A stretch of DNA of 64,000 bases from the NCBI RefSeq assembly GCF_021245805.1, contig NZ_JAJJNF010000002.1:80962-144961 (forward strand), written 5' to 3'. Source of the stretch: Mangrovimonas futianensis. Its GTDB lineage: Bacteria > Bacteroidota > Bacteroidia > Flavobacteriales > Flavobacteriaceae. The position numbers were made by a program, and so were the translations under genes. Shown piece after piece: positions 10,143 to 18,225 of this stretch (its first letter is position 1; every line of letters starts with the position of its first letter). Below the pieces are notes generated by a model. The model was not told the DNA's origin, searched no databases, and saw only the letters and a program-made list of their open reading frames with translations.

Positions 10143-11285
10143 TTAATTCTCGCCCTTAATTTCGTACATCTTTTCAAGCAACATATCCTTATCAATAAAC
10201 TGGGATGATTGAAGAAGCAAACCACTTTGGTAGCTATGTAAGGCACGTTTCATATCGCCTGCCTTTTCATGCCACATACCCATATAGTACGAACTAATCA
10301 TAGAATCTGGGTATTCCTTTTTTGCCCATTTAGCCAAATTTTCAAGAGATTCAATATCATCTTTTTTATTAGAAGCAGCTGCTATAGCTCGAATATCATT
10401 TTCAATCAGCTTTTTCTTGAATCCGTAGAAAGATTCAATACTTTCATATTTTTTAACTAGATAATCATAAGGCGACCCTTCATAAGTAAGGATGTCTTCT
10501 TGATATTCCTTTTTAGTAATAGGCTTATACAAATTGAATATTTGACTAATAGCTTTTGGCAATGCCAACCCCACCAATGAATAATGGTTTGTGGCTTCAA
10601 AATTATCAAAACGGTAATGAAATTTAGGGTTTTCGACGGCAGATAAAACCGCATTACAGGCCTCGATCCCTTCTTTTAAAGCAGAGGCATCTTCTTCTCC
10701 AGTAGCCAAATAGTAAAATGTATCTGTCTGGACAGCTGGCATCTTTTCTCCCAACCTTTCAACCATCATAGGTGACAAGTCTGGACTTAAAGATACATAA
10801 GCTCTAAACAGCGGCAATTCCTTGAACAAATAAAAATTCAAAAAGTTGGCGCTCAAATCATGACCTACTATGATTCTAAAATCAGATGCGTGATACGTAT
10901 CATTAATATAGGGCACCAATTCCTGTCCTACAAATTCAAAAAACTTAGCCCCATCCATCGATGGAAAATAGTTCTCCTCTGTAACCGAAAAGTCATCGGT
11001 ACGTGTTTGATCTTGATTAATCCCTACCACGATACAACCAGGCATATCGTCCCAATAAGACTGATAATCTACATTACCTATTACTGGTTCAAACAAGTAG
11101 TCTCCATCAAGAACCACAATCAATGGATATTCAATTTTCTCTTCGGAATCATATCCGCGAGGTAATTGGATTTTAATTTCACAATTACGCCCTAATTTGG
11201 CCGAATTGAAAGGCTCATAAATAACTTGGGCAGTCAACGACTGAAATAAAAGCAGAACAAAAGTGAGGCAGATAAATCTTTTCAT
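10143..11285 (-). CDS. Paralogue of the upstream esterase-fold protein: same architecture, signal peptide, no canonical GxSxG
   Basis: Clear paralogy with 8817-10061. YPLIVVLDGDYLFEPVIGN matches YPLVFVFDADYLFEPVVGQ, and PGCIVVGINQ matches PGSIVVGVVQ. Elbow motif IIVGHDLSANF. Signal peptide MKRFICLTFVLLLFQSLTAQ. Confidence 0.5.
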   Translation of the reverse strand: MKRFICLTFVLLLFQSLTAQVIYEPFNSAKLGRNCEIKIQLPRGYDSEEKIEYPLIVVLDGDYLFEPVIGNVDYQSYWDDMPGCIVVGINQDQTRTDDFSVTEENYFPSMDGAKFFEFVGQELVPYINDTYHASDFRIIVGHDLSANFLNFYLFKELPLFRAYVSLSPDLSPMMVERLGEKMPAVQTDTFYYLATGEEDASALKEGIEACNAVLSAVENPKFHYRFDNFEATNHYSLVGLALPKAISQIFNLYKPITKKEYQEDILTYEGSPYDYLVKKYESIESFYGFKKKLIENDIRAIAAASNKKDDIESLENLAKWAKKEYPDSMISSYYMGMWHEKAGDMKRALHSYQSGLLLQSSQFIDKDMLLEKMYEIKGEN

Positions 11286-11360
11286 GAATAGGGGTTAAGT
11301 TCGTACCTTATGGCAAGATAGCAAATTTGATGTAGGTTTTAAAATAAAAACGTTTCGGAA

Positions 11361-12320
11361 TCAGTTATTTTTCAATCGGTTATAAATTGGCAATAAGATT
11401 AGAGACAATCCACCCAAAAGCACCAACATAAAAGTTTGGGAGGCCCAGGTGATCCAACCAAATGCCAAACTAGGAGCTTTTTCAAGCCCATAAAGTGAAA
11501 AAGCCGCAAATACAGCTAATGGGTAAGCACCTATGCCCGCATTGGTTGCTGCAATACTAAAACTAGCAGAAATGAAGCCTAACAAAGCCATACCTAGAGT
11601 GACACCTCGCAATTCATCAACTGCAAAGGTCACTACATAAAACATGAGTATATACATCACCCAAATAAATACGGTATGCCCCATAAAAGCCCATTTATTT
11701 TCCATTCTTGTAATACTTAGAACCCCTTGAACCAAACCATTAACAAAGTGTTTTATTTTAATGGCCCATTTGGAAGAACTTTTAAAAACTAGAAAAGCGA
11801 ACGCTCCAAATGCTAAAAGCAACAAAACCAAACCAACACCCAAATTTTGACTTTGAAACTTACCCATAAAAAAACTGGAAATAAATTCAAATTGAATGAA
11901 GAGGGTCATCGATATGACTAAAAGCATCATAAGTAAATCAGCCATTCTTTCAGCCACTATGGTTCCAAAAACCTTTTCAAATTCCACCTCCTCATAAGTA
12001 GTAAGTAAGGAGGCTCTAGCAACTTCACCTGCTCTAGGAATGGTATAGTTAATTAAATATCCTGAAAATACAGACATCACACTATTCCAAAAATCTACCC
12101 TGTAACCCAGAGGCTCCAAGAGGTATTTCCATCGATAGGCTCTTGATAAATGACTTAATATCCCAAAAAGAACTCCTAAACCAACCCAAGTATAATTGGC
12201 ATTTTTAAAGTATCCCAATAATTCATGGAAGGACACTTGCTGCAGTGAAAACCACATTAAAAAAACTCCCAATAAAATTGGGAGTATGATTTTTAAATAT
12301 TTCTTTAAAGTGGAGCTCAA
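11361..12320 (-). CDS. Integral membrane protein of the UPF0104 / lysylphosphatidylglycerol-synthase TM-region (flippase-like) family
   Basis: About 8 TM helices. The N-terminal LSHLSRAYRWKYLLEPLGY resembles the family signature. A 1-bp gap to panD suggests a co-transcribed pan-UPF0104 unit. Confidence 0.5.
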   Translation of the reverse strand: MSSTLKKYLKIILPILLGVFLMWFSLQQVSFHELLGYFKNANYTWVGLGVLFGILSHLSRAYRWKYLLEPLGYRVDFWNSVMSVFSGYLINYTIPRAGEVARASLLTTYEEVEFEKVFGTIVAERMADLLMMLLVISMTLFIQFEFISSFFMGKFQSQNLGVGLVLLLLAFGAFAFLVFKSSSKWAIKIKHFVNGLVQGVLSITRMENKWAFMGHTVFIWVMYILMFYVVTFAVDELRGVTLGMALLGFISASFSIAATNAGIGAYPLAVFAAFSLYGLEKAPSLAFGWITWASQTFMLVLLGGLSLILLPIYNRLKNN

Positions 12321-12321
12321 A

Positions 12322-12672
12322 TTATTTCAATAAATTGGTGCTTTCATCTGGAAAAACAAGAGCAGGCTGAAACGTTTTGGCCTCCTCAAAGTCCATAATA
12401 GCATAGCAAATTAGAATTAAAGTATCTCCAACCGATACTTTCCTTGCTGCTGCTCCATTCAATGTAATTTCTCCGCTATTTCTTGGTCCAGGAATCACAT
12501 AAGTTTCTAATCGTTCTCCATTATCATTGTTCACTATTTGAACCTTCTCACCTTGGATAATGTTAGCAGCCTCCATTAGGTCTTCATCAATAGTGATACT
12601 CCCAATGTAATTTAGGTCTGCACCTGTACATTTTACCCTGTGAATCTTAGATTTTACTACGTGTACTTGCAT
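12322..12672 (-). CDS. panD: Aspartate 1-decarboxylase
   Basis: [38 protein letters not shown]... with the pyruvoyl-forming G-S cleavage context; 116 aa. Confidence 0.92.
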   Translation of the reverse strand: MQVHVVKSKIHRVKCTGADLNYIGSITIDEDLMEAANIIQGEKVQIVNNDNGERLETYVIPGPRNSGEITLNGAAARKVSVGDTLILICYAIMDFEEAKTFQPALVFPDESTNLLK

Positions 12673-12685
12673 GTGGCAAAGGTAA

Positions 12686-13534
12686 TTAATTTAAAGCGAT
12701 ATTATCAATCAATCTAATTTTATCAGCGTATACCGCTATAAACGCTCTGTAATGTTTGTTTTTAGACTTTCTTTGAATTGGTTTTAAGGTTTCCGAATCA
12801 GCAATAGTAAAATATTCCAATTGAAACATGGCATGCTTAGCTAACTGTTTTTCAACCCACTCCGTAATTTTATTAGCACTTTTTGTGCCAAACTTTTCTT
12901 TGGCAGTATTCAAGATCTTATAGATTACAGAAGCCTTTTCTCGTTGATCTGGAGTAAGCCTCATATTTCTGGAACTCATCGCCAATCCATTGGGCTCTCT
13001 GTGAATTTCACAACCCTTAATCAATACGGGAATCTGATGCTTTTCGACCATTTTCTCAATAATCCGTAACTGCTGATAATCCTTCTTTCCAAAATAAGCG
13101 ACATCTGGTTCAACGATTTCAAACAAGCGCTTTACAATGGTTCCTACACCATCAAAATGGCCAGTCCTGAATTTACCCTCCATTTCGTGTTCTAAACCGC
13201 CAAAATCAAAATGCTCTGCCACCGTGTTTCCTTCGTACATATCCTCAACAGTTGGTGCGAAAACCAAAATATCTTGGGATACTTCCTTCAACAAAGCGAC
13301 ATCCTTCTCCAAAGTTTGTGGATAATTATCCAAATCCTCCTTTTTATCAAACTGGGTTGGGTTCACAAAAATACTCACCACCACCCAATCATTATCATTC
13401 AAAGCTTCCCTAACTAGGCACAGATGGGCCTCGTGTAAAGCCCCCATAGTAGGCACTAAACCTATTTTACTTCCTTTAGACTTGTAGGCATGAATAACCT
13501 TCTGCAAACTTTTCTTATCCTTGAAAATCGGCAT
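12686..13534 (-). CDS. panC: Pantoate--beta-alanine ligase
   Basis: [19 protein letters not shown] (HIGH-like motif of PanC); 282 aa; adjacent to panD. Confidence 0.92.
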   Translation of the reverse strand: MPIFKDKKSLQKVIHAYKSKGSKIGLVPTMGALHEAHLCLVREALNDNDWVVVSIFVNPTQFDKKEDLDNYPQTLEKDVALLKEVSQDILVFAPTVEDMYEGNTVAEHFDFGGLEHEMEGKFRTGHFDGVGTIVKRLFEIVEPDVAYFGKKDYQQLRIIEKMVEKHQIPVLIKGCEIHREPNGLAMSSRNMRLTPDQREKASVIYKILNTAKEKFGTKSANKITEWVEKQLAKHAMFQLEYFTIADSETLKPIQRKSKNKHYRAFIAVYADKIRLIDNIALN

Positions 13535-13622
13535 ATTTAGTAAAAAATTAACGGGCGCAAAATTAATATTTTAAAGGGAATCTGCATAAAATTTTGTAAT
13601 TTCGCATGTTTTTTATTCTGAA

Positions 13623-14450
13623 TTGCCAAAAACTTACAAGTTTATGAAAGATAAGAGGATATTGTATGTATCATCTGAAGTAGTGCCTTATTTACCCGAA
13701 ACCGAAATCTCCTCCATGTCGTTTGAAGCCCCAAGGATGGTAAACCAACAAGGTGGGCAAATTAGGATTTTTATGCCAAGATATGGTAATATTAATGAAA
13801 GAAGACACCAACTACACGAGGTGATTAGACTTTCAGGGATTAATTTGGTCATAAATGATTTAGATATGCCACTTATCATTAAAGTAGCCTCCATCCCAAA
13901 GGAACGTATTCAGGTTTACTTTATTGACAACGACGAATATTTCAAAAGAAAAGCAACATTAACCGACGAAGAAGGTAATCTCTTTCCAGATAACGATGAG
14001 CGCGCCATATTTTTTGCAAAAGGTGTTATTGAAACGGTTAAGAAATTAAATTGGTCTCCAGACATTATTCATGTACATGGATGGCTAGCTTCTTTATTGC
14101 CTCTTTATTTAAAAGAATACTATCAAGACGAACCCTTATTTAACGAAAGTAAAATAGTAACTTCCATTTACGGACAAAGCTTTGATGGCACATTGAATAA
14201 AGGCATGTCTGGGAAAATTAAATTTGACAATATCAGTGATGCCATGGTCAATACCTTGGAAGAACCAACTTACAACAACTTAATGAAGGTAGCCATAGAC
14301 AATTCAGATGCCTTAATTGTAGGTTCTGAAGTCATCCCTGATGAATTGGAAAACTACTTAACCAACTCCAACAAACCGGTATTGGATTTTAAACCATTTG
14401 ATGATTTTTCAGATGCTTATACCGAGTTTTACAATGAATTACTAGGTTAA
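13623..14450 (+). CDS. Glycogen/starch-synthase-like protein with an N-terminal GT5 catalytic-domain homologue only (~270 aa); function unknown
   Basis: KRILYVSSEVVPYLPET...IIHVHGWLASLLPLYLK resembles the N-terminal half of GlgA (KILFVSSEVAPF...HDWH). The C-terminal GT1 domain is absent. An alternative start is at 13644 (MKDKRILYV). Confidence 0.5.
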   Translation: MPKTYKFMKDKRILYVSSEVVPYLPETEISSMSFEAPRMVNQQGGQIRIFMPRYGNINERRHQLHEVIRLSGINLVINDLDMPLIIKVASIPKERIQVYFIDNDEYFKRKATLTDEEGNLFPDNDERAIFFAKGVIETVKKLNWSPDIIHVHGWLASLLPLYLKEYYQDEPLFNESKIVTSIYGQSFDGTLNKGMSGKIKFDNISDAMVNTLEEPTYNNLMKVAIDNSDALIVGSEVIPDELENYLTNSNKPVLDFKPFDDFSDAYTEFYNELLG

Positions 14451-14472
14451 ACGTTTTACCCCTAAAACCTCT

Positions 14473-16167
14473 ATGAAAAGAAACATGAATCTATTAAAAA
14501 CAGTTGGTGCATTTGCTATATTTTCACTCCTTTTAACAGGTTGTAAAAAAGAATTTATATCGTCAGATAGTGACTTGCAAGGAAACCATAATTTCAACAC
14601 TTCTAGTGTTAGATATCCTATTGCAACGTATAACAAGATGCTCAACGCAGTGCAAACATCTGGATTACCTGCCAACAGCTTAGGAATTTATGATGACCCT
14701 GTTTATGGGCCAACCACGAACCATGTGGTTACACAAATTATACCTGATAGCTACAATCCAGATTGGGGAACCGACCCTGTTTTTGACTCGATTGTAGTAA
14801 CCATTCCTTATTTTTCAAATGTCACTGGCACTGACTCGGAAGGAAATTCAATCTATGAATTGGATTCAATCTTTAACGAAGCGCCAATGAAATTGTCAGT
14901 TTACAGGTCTAACTATTTTTTAAGTGATTACGACCAAGCATCAGAACCAGTGGTAGAACAACTCTACTATTCTGATTTAAGTGCTTTTGACAATGGTAAT
15001 AACGAAGGTGAATTACTTTATGTTAATGAGAATTTCACAATTAACCCAAACGCCATAAGCCTGGGAGATTATGAAAGAGATGAGAACGGTGAGATTACAT
15101 ATGACGACGAGGGTCTGCCTACATATATTGAAGACAGAAAGATTGCTCCAAGTTTAAGGCTAAAATTAAATGAACAACCAGATTCATTTTGGCAGGAATT
15201 GTTTTTTCCTCCACAACCACAAGAGCCAGATACAGAAGCTCCTTTTCAGCCAGAGTTGAGCAATAGAAATAATTTTACCAATTTCTTCAGAGGTTTATAC
15301 TTTAAAGTAGAGCCAGTGAATGGTCAAGGAAGCTATTTCATGTTGAATTTTGAAGCTTCAAGCGCTAGTGTTAATTTATATTACACCAATGATGAAGAAG
15401 ACACTGTAAGAGATCAGGATATTTTTGAAATGTCATTTTCTGGTAACCGAGTATCCATTATTAAAAATGATCCCTCAAATACCCTGATTGAAAATGCCGA
15501 TGCCAATGCAGATGAATTCAATGGTGACGAGCAGTTATTTTTAAAAGGAGGAGAAGGCTCAGTTGCAATCATTGACCTATTCAAAGATGAGGCGGTATAT
15601 GATGATTTTATTAGCTCCTTTAAGGATGATAATGGCAACCCTACCAGACTTATTAATGAGGCCAACATGGTGTTCTATGTAGATCAAGATGCCGTTTTTG
15701 CGCAAGAGGAATCTCAAGAGCCAGAGCGGGTAATTCTCTATGACCTAAAAAATAATATACCTGTAATAGATTATAATTACGATCTCACTTCAGCTGTTGC
15801 TAATTCACCTCTTTATTCAAAAGTTTATCATTCTACCATTTTGGAGAAAGATGAAAATGGTAGAGGTTATCGATATAAGTTAAGGATTACTGAACACCTA
15901 AATAATATTCTACTTCGTGATTCAACTAATTTCAGCCTTGGCTTGATGGTCACTACGAATATCCTATATGCTCCAGAAGTCATAAATGGCGTTAATAGGA
16001 ATAGTGTTTTAAATTCTGAAATAAAAAATGGGGAAGAGGTAAAAGAAATTTCTCCTGGAACAGTTCTATCCCCGAAAGGAACTATTTTGCATGGTGGTAA
16101 TTCAAACGTACCTGATGATAAAAGGGTAGAATTAGAAATATTTTATTCAGAACCAGATCAAAATTAA
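14473..16167 (+). CDS. Lipoprotein of unknown function (possibly the DUF4270 family commonly found next to glmS in Flavobacteriia)
   Basis: Signal peptide plus lipobox LLLTGCKKE; 564 aa; rich in D/E/N. The DUF number is from memory of synteny, not verified. Confidence 0.4.
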   Translation: MKRNMNLLKTVGAFAIFSLLLTGCKKEFISSDSDLQGNHNFNTSSVRYPIATYNKMLNAVQTSGLPANSLGIYDDPVYGPTTNHVVTQIIPDSYNPDWGTDPVFDSIVVTIPYFSNVTGTDSEGNSIYELDSIFNEAPMKLSVYRSNYFLSDYDQASEPVVEQLYYSDLSAFDNGNNEGELLYVNENFTINPNAISLGDYERDENGEITYDDEGLPTYIEDRKIAPSLRLKLNEQPDSFWQELFFPPQPQEPDTEAPFQPELSNRNNFTNFFRGLYFKVEPVNGQGSYFMLNFEASSASVNLYYTNDEEDTVRDQDIFEMSFSGNRVSIIKNDPSNTLIENADANADEFNGDEQLFLKGGEGSVAIIDLFKDEAVYDDFISSFKDDNGNPTRLINEANMVFYVDQDAVFAQEESQEPERVILYDLKNNIPVIDYNYDLTSAVANSPLYSKVYHSTILEKDENGRGYRYKLRITEHLNNILLRDSTNFSLGLMVTTNILYAPEVINGVNRNSVLNSEIKNGEEVKEISPGTVLSPKGTILHGGNSNVPDDKRVELEIFYSEPDQN

Positions 16168-16173
16168 AAATCT

Positions 16174-18021
16174 ATGTGTGGAATTGTTGGTTACTTAGGA
16201 CACCGTGAAGCTTACCCCATAGTAATGGAAGGCCTGAAGCGTTTAGAATACCGAGGTTATGACAGCGCTGGTATTGCTTTATTTGATGGTACCGATTTAA
16301 ACGTCTGTAAAACCAAAGGTAAAGTAGTTGATTTAGAAGATCGTGTTTCAAAAGAAATCCCAAGTACAGGAAAATTAGCGATAGGGCACACTAGATGGGC
16401 AACCCACGGGGAACCCAATGATGTTAATGCCCATCCACATTATTCAAATTCTGGTGATTTAGTCATCATTCATAACGGGATAATTGAAAATTATGAGTCC
16501 CTTAAAAAGGAATTGATTTCAAGAGGATACCACTTTAAGTCAGATACTGACACAGAAGTTTTGGTAAACCTAATTGAAGATGTTAAGAAGCAAGAAAATG
16601 TCAAACTAGGAAAAGCTGTTCAAACAGCCCTTAACCAAGTTGTTGGTGCCTATGCCATTGCTGTTTTTGACAAAAACAGACCAGAAGAAATCGTTATTGC
16701 CAGACTTGGAAGTCCATTGGCTGTCGGAATTGGAGACAACGAATTTTTTATTGCTAGTGATGCCTCTCCTTTCCTAGAGTATACCAAAAATGCCATTTAT
16801 CTTGAAGACGAAGAAATGGCTATTGTACGTTTAGGTAAAGAAATAAAAGTACGCAAAATAAAAGATGATAGCCTAGTAGATCCCTATGTTCAAGAACTTC
16901 AAATGAATTTGGAGCAAATTGAAAAAGGAGGCTATGAGCATTTTATGCTCAAAGAAATCTACGAGCAACCAAGTGCTATCTTAGATACCTTTAGAGGGCG
17001 ACTTTTGACCGATGAGGCCATTATAAAAATGGCAGGAGTTGAGGACAACATGAAAAAATTCCTCAATGCCGAAAGAATCATCATAGTGGCATGTGGAACC
17101 TCTTGGCATGCGGGTATTGTAGCTGAATATATTTTTGAAGATTTAGCTAGAATTCCAGTAGAGGTTGAATATGCCTCTGAGTTTAGGTATCGCAATCCGG
17201 TCATATCAGAAAAAGATTTAATTATCGCTATTTCGCAATCTGGAGAAACAGCAGATACCCTAGCCGCCATTAAATTGGCCAAATCTAAAGGAGCCTTTGT
17301 TTTTGGTGTGTGTAATGTGGTAGGCTCTTCTATTGCTAGAGAGACCAACGCTGGAGCATACACTCATGCTGGTCCTGAAATTGGGGTAGCCTCTACTAAA
17401 GCATTTACGACCCAAATTACCGTCTTAAGTTTAATGGCTTTAAGATTAGCTAGAGCTAAGGGCACCATATCGAGCAGTGACTTTAGGCGCTATCTATTTG
17501 AGCTGGAAGGCATTCCTTCTAAAGTGGAAAAAGCTTTGACATCAGACGATTTAGTAAAAACCATTGCAGATATATATAAAGACTCTAGAAATTTCTTGTA
17601 TTTAGGAAGAGGTTTTAATTTTCCAGTAGCTTTAGAGGGCGCCTTAAAACTTAAGGAAATTTCATACATCCATGCCGAAGGTTATCCAGCTGCGGAAATG
17701 AAACACGGTCCTATTGCATTGATCGATGAGCACATGCCAGTTGTGGTTATTGCTACTAAAAAGGGGCATTACGAAAAAATTGTAAGTAACATTCAGGAAA
17801 TCAAATCTCGAAAAGGGAAAATAATTGGTATTGTTACTGAAGGGGATGTTCACGTAAAGGAATTAGCAGATCATGTTATCGAGGTTCCAGAAACATCAGA
17901 ATTCCTTTCACCATTGGTAACAACTATTCCATTGCAACTTTTATCTTATCACATAGCAGTTATGCTTGGAAAAAATGTTGACCAGCCAAGAAATTTAGCT
18001 AAGTCAGTTACAGTCGAATAA
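16174..18021 (+). CDS. glmS: Glutamine--fructose-6-phosphate aminotransferase (isomerising)
   Basis: MCGIVGY N-terminal nucleophile, two SIS domains, C-terminal ...KSVTVE; 615 aa. Confidence 0.95.
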   Translation: MCGIVGYLGHREAYPIVMEGLKRLEYRGYDSAGIALFDGTDLNVCKTKGKVVDLEDRVSKEIPSTGKLAIGHTRWATHGEPNDVNAHPHYSNSGDLVIIHNGIIENYESLKKELISRGYHFKSDTDTEVLVNLIEDVKKQENVKLGKAVQTALNQVVGAYAIAVFDKNRPEEIVIARLGSPLAVGIGDNEFFIASDASPFLEYTKNAIYLEDEEMAIVRLGKEIKVRKIKDDSLVDPYVQELQMNLEQIEKGGYEHFMLKEIYEQPSAILDTFRGRLLTDEAIIKMAGVEDNMKKFLNAERIIIVACGTSWHAGIVAEYIFEDLARIPVEVEYASEFRYRNPVISEKDLIIAISQSGETADTLAAIKLAKSKGAFVFGVCNVVGSSIARETNAGAYTHAGPEIGVASTKAFTTQITVLSLMALRLARAKGTISSSDFRRYLFELEGIPSKVEKALTSDDLVKTIADIYKDSRNFLYLGRGFNFPVALEGALKLKEISYIHAEGYPAAEMKHGPIALIDEHMPVVVIATKKGHYEKIVSNIQEIKSRKGKIIGIVTEGDVHVKELADHVIEVPETSEFLSPLVTTIPLQLLSYHIAVMLGKNVDQPRNLAKSVTVE

Positions 18022-18043
18022 CTTACTGATTTTCAATTATATA

Positions 18044-18074
18044 AAATCCCGAATTCTTCGGGATTTTTTTATTT
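18044..18074 (+). terminator. Rho-independent terminator of glmS
   Basis: 8-bp stem ATCCCGAA/TTCGGGAT (18046-18053 / 18057-18064), 3-nt loop, followed by T8. Confidence 0.7.
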
Positions 18075-18114
18075 TAAAGCCCTATCAAATAGTAAATAAT
18101 CAAATTTAACATAT

Positions 18115-18159
18115 CTTTTTTGAGAAAATTTACTATGCATGCATACTTTTTTGAGAAAA
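18115..18159. promoter_or_regulatory. Candidate operator: 14-bp direct repeat CTTTTTTGAGAAAA (18115-18128 and 18146-18159) flanking a perfect 12-bp palindrome TATGCATGCATA (18133-18144), about 70-110 bp upstream of the TonB-dependent receptor gene
   Basis: Read directly from the sequence. Repeat spacing is 31 bp, about three helical turns. Confidence 0.35.
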
Positions 18160-18225
18160 ATGCATTATTTTGCCCCATATTTACATATATTGCTAATCGA
18201 ATTAATCAAAAACCAAGACTCACAA

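Noticed and set aside
16959-17363. 134-aa antisense ORF inside glmS
   Set aside because: Inside a highly conserved gene. Shadow ORF from GC3 bias.
18022-18225. Possible riboswitch (cobalamin, TPP) upstream of the TonB-dependent receptor
   Set aside because: No B12-box (GCCACTG-like) or TPP CUGAGA core. The region is an AT-rich promoter with repeats instead.
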